From Patescibacteria group bacterium (lineage in GTDB: Bacteria > Patescibacteriota > Microgenomatia > Levybacterales > UBA12049), in NCBI GenBank assembly GCA_038063415.1, contig JBBTVD010000006.1:137948-201947 (forward strand): 64,000 nt of DNA, read 5' to 3'. Below are positions 57,341-64,000 of this stretch, one piece after another. The position numbers and the translations under genes are program-made. The notes under the pieces were generated by a model. It did no database searches and had not been told where the DNA came from. It worked only from the letters and a program-made list of their open reading frames with translations. Each line of letters begins with the position of its first letter. Position 1 is the first letter of the stretch.

Positions 57341-58350
57341 TCAAGCACTTCCTTCGTTGGCTCTTTTTGTTTTTCAGCCATCATTGCATAATTGATAATA
57401 AGCAACATAAAGATATTTGCGGATAAGCTTATCAACTCATACCACTGTGATTGCATAAAAGCAAAAAATTCGGTAAGAAAGATGGTAACAAGAATTGCTA
57501 TTCGGAAAAACCGATAGCCTTCTTTGCGAGAAAATCTAAGGGCAAAAATGCCAATCAAAACAAATGTTCCAGAAAGTGTCGAAGAGTAAAGCTTGCCCCA
57601 TTCATCAAGAGGCAACTCAGGTCGAATAAAAAAAAGAACAACAGACTGTAACATTATTCCCACTGTTTGAAAAATTAAAAAAGCAATGACTATATTTAAG
57701 ATTAATCCTGATCGAGCCATACGGTAATACCATAGACGTAGTACATTACGCGCACGCCTATACATGCTTGGAGAACTTACCGGCTCGGCATCAATGCGGT
57801 GCAAAAGCCCTTTTAATGAACGAACAATTGGATCACTTTGATCACAATTTTTTAGATACTCCTTTGCTTGACGCTCATCTTCTTCGTCAAAATCATTTAC
57901 TGCTGACTCTTTAATTTTTTCGATAGTATTTACGAGGTATTCTTTCTCAGTACGTTTTTTATAGCGTGGTATAAAGCGAGAGATAAGATAAAGCAAGACA
58001 AAAATGATATAAATGAGAGCAATTGTCGGCTCAAAAAAATAGTCATTATCCCGAGTGACAAACTTACCTAATTCATCGATAAACGCACCAAAGCCAATAC
58101 CCCCAAGTACAGAAGCTATCCGCATAGCCGACGTATTTAAGAAAGAAAGAAGGATAACAATCGCACCAAGCATAAAAAAACCTCCCCAAAGAATATGTGC
58201 AATGTGGAAATCGCCTCCTCCTAGTTGTGGATAATCAGTAAGTTTAAGAAATATTCTAATACTAAAAATACTAAAAAGAGCTGAAATGAGAAAATGCTCC
58301 CAATAGCTCTCAGCATCAAAATTCCGAATAAGAATATCTTTAGAAAACAT
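57337..58350 (-). CDS. hypothetical polytopic membrane protein
   Basis: 337 aa with ~7 TM helices and a central acidic soluble loop (DFDEEDERQAKEYLKNCD). Confidence 0.4.
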   Translation of the reverse strand: MFSKDILIRNFDAESYWEHFLISALFSIFSIRIFLKLTDYPQLGGGDFHIAHILWGGFFMLGAIVILLSFLNTSAMRIASVLGGIGFGAFIDELGKFVTRDNDYFFEPTIALIYIIFVLLYLISRFIPRYKKRTEKEYLVNTIEKIKESAVNDFDEEDERQAKEYLKNCDQSDPIVRSLKGLLHRIDAEPVSSPSMYRRARNVLRLWYYRMARSGLILNIVIAFLIFQTVGIMLQSVVLFFIRPELPLDEWGKLYSSTLSGTFVLIGIFALRFSRKEGYRFFRIAILVTIFLTEFFAFMQSQWYELISLSANIFMLLIINYAMMAEKQKEPTKEVLD

Positions 58351-58403
58351 AGCTCCTATGCTGTATTATACATTCTTCTCTCAATATTTGTTACAATAGA
58401 TGT

Positions 58404-58886
58404 ATGTTAGAGAATCATCCTCATCACCAAAGAAAAGTGCGTCTGGCGACGATCATTTTACTAACTTGTCTTGTCTTTTTTTCACTCTATCTCATCCTGC
58501 AACCACACCTTCGTTCAGCAGTCACCAAGCCAGCCCCAACACCCTCTCCGGTAAGCTCCCAAAATATTATGATCTTCTCTCCATCAGTTAATGGAAGGGT
58601 TAGTCAAGACTTTAGCATTAGAGGAAAAGCGCGAGGTGAAAAAAATATGGTACTTATTAGAGTTTCACAACCCTTTACAAAGAAAATTTTAGTCTTTGAG
58701 TATGCAACGACTACGGCAACACAAGCTGGAGTATTTGGAGATTTTGCACACAGTGTTCATTTAACAGGAAACCGAACAATAAAACCTGGTGACGATCTTC
58801 TTGTTGAAGTTTTTCAAGAAGATATACGTAATGGGAGAGAGGTTAGTACGGTAAGTATTCCTGTACAATTTACTCCTTCACAATAA
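58404..58886 (+). CDS. hypothetical membrane-anchored extracytoplasmic protein
   Basis: N-terminal TM and a beta-rich domain (big_2/Ig-like folds possible). Confidence 0.35.
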   Translation: MLENHPHHQRKVRLATIILLTCLVFFSLYLILQPHLRSAVTKPAPTPSPVSSQNIMIFSPSVNGRVSQDFSIRGKARGEKNMVLIRVSQPFTKKILVFEYATTTATQAGVFGDFAHSVHLTGNRTIKPGDDLLVEVFQEDIRNGREVSTVSIPVQFTPSQ

Positions 58887-58906
58887 AAGCAGTATACTAT
58901 CAGCAT

Positions 58907-59539
58907 ATGAAAATTACTAAATACCTGCATTCTTGCTTGCTTATTGAAACACAAAATACCAAAATACTTATCGACCCAGGCAATATCACCTATGAAGCAA
59001 AAGTCTTTGATAAGCAGTCGCTTTCGAAACTAGATTATCTACTCATTACCCATGAACATGCAGATCATTGTCATATCCCTTTTATTAAGGATCTCGTTGC
59101 AGCTTTTCCAACCGTGACTATTATGAGCAATCCTTCAGTCGTACAATTATTGGCAAAAGAAAATATTACGGTACAAACTGAAGGGAATAACTTTATAGAA
59201 TTGACCCCCGTACCACATGAACGTGTGTTTGATAACAAGGCTCCTTCGAATGTACAATTTGATATTTTCAACCTGCTTACTCACCCTGGAGACTCTATGA
59301 GTTTTACGAAGACAAAGAAAATATTGGCATTACCACTCCTCGGTCCTTCCTGGATGATCACCCAAGCAGCAGAGAAAGCGCTCGCACTTAAGCCTCAATT
59401 TGTTATACCTATTCACGATTGGCATTGGAAAGAACATGTAAGAAAAACATATTATGAGCGTCTTGATCAGTTTTTTTCTGCACATAACATAACCTTTACA
59501 TCTTTTGAGTCAGGGGAAAGCGTACTGATACAAGAGTGA
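58907..59539 (+). CDS. MBL-fold metallo-hydrolase
   Basis: LLITHEHADHC (HxHxDH motif). Confidence 0.7.
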   Translation: MKITKYLHSCLLIETQNTKILIDPGNITYEAKVFDKQSLSKLDYLLITHEHADHCHIPFIKDLVAAFPTVTIMSNPSVVQLLAKENITVQTEGNNFIELTPVPHERVFDNKAPSNVQFDIFNLLTHPGDSMSFTKTKKILALPLLGPSWMITQAAEKALALKPQFVIPIHDWHWKEHVRKTYYERLDQFFSAHNITFTSFESGESVLIQE

Positions 59540-59578
59540 TGCTTGACAGCTACTAGTCAAGTGATGTAAGGTAAAAAT

Positions 59579-59875
59579 ATGATCGATTCTGTCCAGTTGA
59601 TTCTACTTCTTGTTATCGTTATTTTAACGATTCTTCTTGTTATCCTCGGTGTCCAAGTCTTCTTTATATTACGTGACCTCCGTAAGACAATCAATAAAAC
59701 GAATAAAGTGCTTGATAACGCAAATTCTATTACTGAAAATATTGATGGCCCCCTTGAAGCAATTTCATCTCTCGCTGGTGGATTAAAAGGTGGGTCGTTT
59801 TTTACCGTTGTTAAACTTATCAAAAGTTTTATCGGTAAAGAAAAAGATGATGATGATCGTAGATACAGAGATTAA
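59579..59875 (+). CDS. DUF948 family membrane protein
   Basis: N-terminal TM followed by a helical segment (LRDLRKTINKTNKVLDNANSITENI), typical of DUF948. Confidence 0.5.
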   Translation: MIDSVQLILLLVIVILTILLVILGVQVFFILRDLRKTINKTNKVLDNANSITENIDGPLEAISSLAGGLKGGSFFTVVKLIKSFIGKEKDDDDRRYRD

Positions 59876-59878
59876 GTT

Positions 59879-60238
59879 ATGGAAAATAAACAATCCTCAA
59901 ACAATCTAGGGAGTGGCTTTTTTCTAGGTCTTATCGTTGGCGTTATCGTGACGTTGCTTTTTACCACAAAAAAGGGGAGAAAAATATTGCATAATCTTAC
60001 AGAAAAAAGCATGGATAAGGTATCGACCATCGAAAATAGATTTCATGAAGTAAAAGAAAATGTCAAAGAGGATATTCAATCATTAAAAGCAGATCTGGAA
60101 GAAATTGAAGAGGATATTAGGGATACGATTGTCGATGAGCTTCCTGATAAGAAGATTGTTCACCATAAACCGCACGTTCATGAAGAAGAAGATGCTAAAA
60201 AATCTCCGGTGAAGAAATTCTTCAGTAAAAAGAACTAA
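59879..60238 (+). CDS. YtxH-like protein
   Basis: GSGFFLGLIVGVIVTLLFTTKKGRK N-terminus, then a Glu/Lys-rich helix, as in the YtxH family. Confidence 0.5.
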   Translation: MENKQSSNNLGSGFFLGLIVGVIVTLLFTTKKGRKILHNLTEKSMDKVSTIENRFHEVKENVKEDIQSLKADLEEIEEDIRDTIVDELPDKKIVHHKPHVHEEEDAKKSPVKKFFSKKN

Positions 60239-60301
60239 ACGCACCTACTCTACTACCTTTTGAGGATGAGGCAAGTGACTATCTGATTCACTCATACAGT
60301 A

Positions 60302-61270
60302 TTATAATCCAAATTTCTCAATATTCGCATTATGAGCCTCAAGCGTTGTCGTGTAATGGTTATAACCCTCGGAATCTGAAACATAATACATATAATCTGT
60401 TTCAGGTGCATGCATAACAGCCTTCAAAACATCCACGCCAGGGTTGGCAATTGGTGACGGAGGAAGGCCAATGTTGGTATAGGTATTATAAGGGGATACT
60501 ACTTTAAGGTCATTATAGGTTAAGCCTTTTTTCCACCATGTTTGTTTATTTGGCTCATAGCCAAGAGCATACTGAATAGTTGCATCTATATTAAGTACCG
60601 TTCCGGCGTCAATGCGATTAAAAATAACTGAGGCAACCAATGGACGATCTTCAGGATGCAATGCCTCTCGCTCTACCATAGAAGCAATAGTTACAATTTC
60701 ATCTTGAGAGAAATTGCTGCGTGAACCTGCAGGAATGCTCGCATATTTTTTATCAAAGTTTTCAGTCATTGTCGTAATGACTTGGTCAATCGTTACGTCT
60801 TGTGGGAAGGTATAGGTGTCAGGGAACAAATATCCTTCATGTTCTGCAAGCTGGGGAATCCAACTGTCATCGTAGGTAGAAAGATTCTGAGAAAGAATCG
60901 CGGCAACCTCTTCTGCACGCTTTCCTTCAGGTATTGTCACTTGTACATCAAATGTCCCAACCTGTAAAGCCTTTGCAATTTCTTCTGAAGACATGGCAGG
61001 GGAAAGGTAAAACTGACCTGCCTGAATGTTGTTATCAAGACCTAACTGTTTTACGAGGAGGAAAAAAAGGACTGGATCGCGTATTAACTTAGCTTCCTTT
61101 AATGCGTTAGCAATTTCTCGAATTCCGGCACCCTTTTCAACAGCAAATATTTCTTTTGTGGTAGCTTGCGGATCGACTGGAACGATGTTTGTTTGCCACC
61201 AGGCGATCCCTCCAAAAAGAGCAAGCAATAAAAAAACAACTAATAGAGAAAACCTTTTCATCTTATGCAA
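60302..61270 (-). CDS. mltG: endolytic murein transglycosylase MltG (YceG family)
   Basis: N-terminal TM and the YceG blocks GYLFPDTYTF...SIVEREA...SPYNTYTNIGLPPSPIANPG. Confidence 0.8.
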   Translation of the reverse strand: MHKMKRFSLLVVFLLLALFGGIAWWQTNIVPVDPQATTKEIFAVEKGAGIREIANALKEAKLIRDPVLFFLLVKQLGLDNNIQAGQFYLSPAMSSEEIAKALQVGTFDVQVTIPEGKRAEEVAAILSQNLSTYDDSWIPQLAEHEGYLFPDTYTFPQDVTIDQVITTMTENFDKKYASIPAGSRSNFSQDEIVTIASMVEREALHPEDRPLVASVIFNRIDAGTVLNIDATIQYALGYEPNKQTWWKKGLTYNDLKVVSPYNTYTNIGLPPSPIANPGVDVLKAVMHAPETDYMYYVSDSEGYNHYTTTLEAHNANIEKFGL

Positions 61271-62537
61271 CAGTAACTACTGGGAAATTTTCTAGCGTAT
61301 CTCTCCCTTCTTTTAAGTGATAAGCCGTTTCACTATATAAGGTAAGAATTGGTTCATTACCTCTGACTGACTCACCTATTTTTTTGTGTAAATAAATGCC
61401 GCTTTTCTTTTGCGTTGGTGCACCAAGCACTTTTGCGACCAACGATGCATTACGACTGTTAATCTTCTGAATTCCTCCCCGCTCATTTGCTTCCAGCGTA
61501 TAAAAATACTTTCCAGGAACAAGATCTTTACTTATTATAGCAGAATTTCCTCCTTGTGCCTGGATTATTTCTTTCATTTTTTTGAGAGCAGCACCGCTTT
61601 TGAGGAGGGCTTGTGCCCACTGCTTGCCTGTACCAAATTCGCCAAGAATACGTTTTTGCTCAGCAAAAGAGGTATCTTTTTGACAAAGATCAAGAAGATG
61701 TCCTGCCAGCATAATAGCGTGGTTTTCAAGGTCAACTGGACGGTCTGTTCGTTGCTCAAGGACACAGAGTGCATCTCTCGTCTCAAGAAGTGGCCCAAGG
61801 CCTCTTCCTGCTGGTTCTATTACTCGGTGAACAAGGACATCAATCTTTAGGCCAAACCGACGAGCAAGGAATTCAAATTTACGTTTGACCAATAGAGCAT
61901 CAGGTTCTGTATGCACTTTGACATATTTCCCGTAGGGAAGATCTATCACTACATGCGTTGCACCAAAGGCAACTTTTTTTGCCATAATAGAGACGAGAAT
62001 TTTATCAAAACTTTCAAGCAGTAGTGGTTGTTCAACTTTGATAAGCTCATCATCAGCAGGAGCAATATCAACTCCGCCTCCCCAGACAATACAAGCATGT
62101 ACTTTATTTACAATGTCATAAATCTGCTCTTTAGTAAAAGTAACCGGAGCAAGCACTTCCATATCATCACCTGTCCCTCCAGGAGTGGTAATTGCACGAG
62201 AAGAGCTCTTGGGAATAGTAAATCCTGCGGCAGCAATAATGGGAACAAGAATAAGTGTCGTTCGCGTGCCAGGAACTCCACCAACAGAATGTTTATCAGC
62301 AACAATACCAGGAAACTGTAAACGTTCACCGGTATCGATCATTGCTTTGGTCAAAAAATAGAGTTCTTCATTAGAAAAGCCTTGCGAGTAACCTGCTGCT
62401 GAAAAATAGGTTGTCAAGATATCCCCCAGACGATTGTGTGAGATGTCATCCATAATCGCAAATATTTCTTTGTAGGTTAAACGTTCACCCGTGATTTTCT
62501 TTTGTATTGCTTCAAGCGATTGCGGGATATCAGCCAT
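61263..62537 (-). CDS. thymidine/AMP phosphorylase family protein (DeoA-like; VGGVPG motif suggests archaeal-type AMP phosphorylase)
   Basis: ADKHSVGGVPGTRTTLILVPIIAAAG phosphate-binding loop, a glycosyltransferase family 3 fold, and a C-terminal alpha/beta domain. Confidence 0.65.
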   Translation of the reverse strand: MADIPQSLEAIQKKITGERLTYKEIFAIMDDISHNRLGDILTTYFSAAGYSQGFSNEELYFLTKAMIDTGERLQFPGIVADKHSVGGVPGTRTTLILVPIIAAAGFTIPKSSSRAITTPGGTGDDMEVLAPVTFTKEQIYDIVNKVHACIVWGGGVDIAPADDELIKVEQPLLLESFDKILVSIMAKKVAFGATHVVIDLPYGKYVKVHTEPDALLVKRKFEFLARRFGLKIDVLVHRVIEPAGRGLGPLLETRDALCVLEQRTDRPVDLENHAIMLAGHLLDLCQKDTSFAEQKRILGEFGTGKQWAQALLKSGAALKKMKEIIQAQGGNSAIISKDLVPGKYFYTLEANERGGIQKINSRNASLVAKVLGAPTQKKSGIYLHKKIGESVRGNEPILTLYSETAYHLKEGRDTLENFPVVTVA

Positions 62538-62540
62538 ATT

Positions 62541-62696
62541 AGATCTTACCTTTAAGTTGATCCATCGCGATTTTGACAGCTCCTTTTAAGAAACTGATAA
62601 TAGCGTAGATAATAAGATTGATAACTTTATAGACAGTCGGCCAAATCTTCTCCAAAATAAGTATTACTTTAGATTTTTGTCCGTTTTCTTCCATAG
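62541..62696 (-). CDS. possible 51-aa small membrane protein whose stop overlaps the deoA-like start (TAATATG)
   Basis: Hand-found ORF MEENGQKSKVILILEKIWPTVYKVINLIIYAIISFLKGAVKIAMDQLKGKI. Confidence 0.2.
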
Positions 62697-63428
62697 TTAT
62701 ATATTCTCAAGTTTTGCTTTAACAATCAAGCGCTTCCAGACAGTTCCGGGAGGAGTACAGGTGACAATCGTAAGATAACTACCTTCTTGAGGCTGGGCTA
62801 AAAAGGATGTCTCTTTAGAGTCAACAATCGTAATTTCTTGAATACGATAGGTATAGTCATTATTGTTAACCGTAACTTGCAGTGTGTCTCCGACAATCAA
62901 TGTATGTGCTTTGGCAAAAATAGTTTTATAATCCCTTGGATTAAAGAGCTGCGGGAGTGTCGAATGGCCAAAAATAGCAGTGTTACCCGTACTTGGAGGA
63001 GTAGCTGTCCCTCCATATTGTACGAGATGCTTGCCAATATCAGTATCTATTGTTGAGACAACAGCGTCATGGATTTCAAGTTTAGGAATTGAAAGATAAT
63101 AGTATGATACGTCTGTGGTAATTTCTGTTGCTTCATACGTCTCTGGAAGCCAATTTTGTACATTAGAATAGTCAATGCTACTGAGTGAATCCTGAACGTT
63201 TTGCACAAGACTTGAAAGATCAACTTGCGTCACAATTGTTTGTTTAGGAATAGGAGCAGCAAATGACTGCTCAGCAAAAGCTGGCTTCAAGTAAATTTGC
63301 CAGGAAATAAGAGGAAAAAGCATATAAAGACCCAGAAGAACCCCTGCAAGAGAAAGTACCATCCCACTAAAACGCATGATTTTTCGCACGTTTCTTTTTC
63401 GCCCTTTCGTATAAATAAATGTCTTCAT
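62697..63428 (-). CDS. sortase family transpeptidase
   Basis: N-terminal TM, His context AIFGHST, and the catalytic Cys in the TLxTC-type motif LTIVTCTPPGT. Confidence 0.65.
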   Translation of the reverse strand: MKTFIYTKGRKRNVRKIMRFSGMVLSLAGVLLGLYMLFPLISWQIYLKPAFAEQSFAAPIPKQTIVTQVDLSSLVQNVQDSLSSIDYSNVQNWLPETYEATEITTDVSYYYLSIPKLEIHDAVVSTIDTDIGKHLVQYGGTATPPSTGNTAIFGHSTLPQLFNPRDYKTIFAKAHTLIVGDTLQVTVNNNDYTYRIQEITIVDSKETSFLAQPQEGSYLTIVTCTPPGTVWKRLIVKAKLENI

Positions 63429-63434
63429 AGCAGC

Positions 63435-64000
63435 TTACTCAGATTTCATTTGCACATCAATCATATTGGGTAGTCTGGGGAAAAAATTGGAGATGAAGGG
63501 AATCGCAGGCGAGAAACTTATGTCACTTTTTGCGATCTGTGGTAATGACTGGAGCGTTTCTTTTGCACCACTCACTGATTGATTTTTTATGCTTCGAATA
63601 AGGTCTGCTTCCTCTATCTCTGGCAAAAGTCCAGCCTCTATCGATACGGTTGCCGTAATATCCTCAATATCTTTTGCTGAGACATCGCTAATCGTTGCCT
63701 TAACACTATTATCTGCCAGATTCACCTCTTGTTCTGAAGCAGTTTCTTTCACAACTGTTTTGGCATAGTCGAGTAAATCGTCATTGCTATATACTGCTCC
63801 CGCGAAATTGACGATACCGGTAATCTTTACTTGTTTGGCTTCTTCGTCAATTTTATTATCAAAAGATTCTTTTGCGAGTCCTGCAGGGATAACAGCAGAA
63901 AGTAATGCTTGGTCACTTGAGACTTGTTGTTCAAGCTGTTGTTGGGCTTTTGCCTGCAAACTCTTTGGCAAATCTGCTCGCAACTTTGCAATGTCATCTT
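63435..64000 (-). CDS. hypothetical secreted/acidic protein (likely N-terminally extended beyond the window)
   Basis: Track ORF 63435-63983. It is Ser/Ala/Glu-rich with no family recognised. The true start may lie outside the window. Confidence 0.3.
   Translation of the reverse strand, partial: DDIAKLRADLPKSLQAKAQQQLEQQVSSDQALLSAVIPAGLAKESFDNKIDEEAKQVKITGIVNFAGAVYSNDDLLDYAKTVVKETASEQEVNLADNSVKATISDVSAKDIEDITATVSIEAGLLPEIEEADLIRSIKNQSVSGAKETLQSLPQIAKSDISFSPAIPFISNFFPRLPNMIDVQMKSE

Overview
This 64-kb window reads as a low-GC (about 40% by eye), gene-dense bacterial chromosome segment using the standard genetic code. Evidence for the code: an SPF-motif RF2 is present and no reading frames depend on UGA. 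The gene content suggests a Patescibacteria/CPR-like organism; this is inference, not a database result. The pointers are a short-form TsaB, an N-terminally minimal IF-2, DUF3048/DUF4446/DUF948 genes, LTD and cohesin-like surface proteins, and an AMP-phosphorylase-like DeoA.

Annotated blocks in order:
- A nucleotide-sugar and glycosylation island (3.3-13.6 kb) carrying a GT-C PMT/ArnT-like enzyme, a GT2-GtrA fusion, UXS, Gmd, Rmd, Ugd, RmlD, a NUDIX gene, RmlB and RmlA.
- tsaB, tsaC and tsaE with a GIY-YIG nuclease and a cupin gene.
- An LTD surface protein.
- An ftsE-ftsX operon followed by a coiled-coil plus C39-like peptidase gene, which looks like a PcsB/EnvC analog.
- A complete folate island: folP, folB, folE, pabC, pabB, folK and a CofE-like gene that may be a FolC2-type ligase.
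- prfB, a D-2-hydroxyacid dehydrogenase, pnp with an RGG tail, rpsO, a DHH-like gene, infB and nusA.
- A lone TIR-domain gene on an AT-rich islet.
- A 13-kb minus-strand operon (37.1-50.3 kb). It encodes two Clp/Hsp100-type double-AAA+ ATPases (one membrane-anchored, one 1329 aa), a membrane-anchored subtilase, a 1425-aa signal-peptide plus ~6-TM protein and a 98-aa two-TM pilin-like protein. The 1329-aa and 1425-aa proteins share a novel ~72-aa repeat module. I regard this as the most interesting and probably undescribed system in the window.
- add, recX, recA, tRNA-Pro(GGG), a GH26-like hydrolase, a cohesin-like protein, bcp, mltG, a deoA-like gene and a sortase.

Two non-coding signals also stand out:
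- A family of small palindromic MITE-like elements with TGTCATyC...GrATGACA termini. One copy is inserted in-frame inside pabB, and others supply the stop codons of pabC and the GIY-YIG gene.
- A ~100-bp direct repeat pair flanking folK that includes the last codons and stops of both pabB and folK.

I found no rRNA, CRISPR array or transposase.
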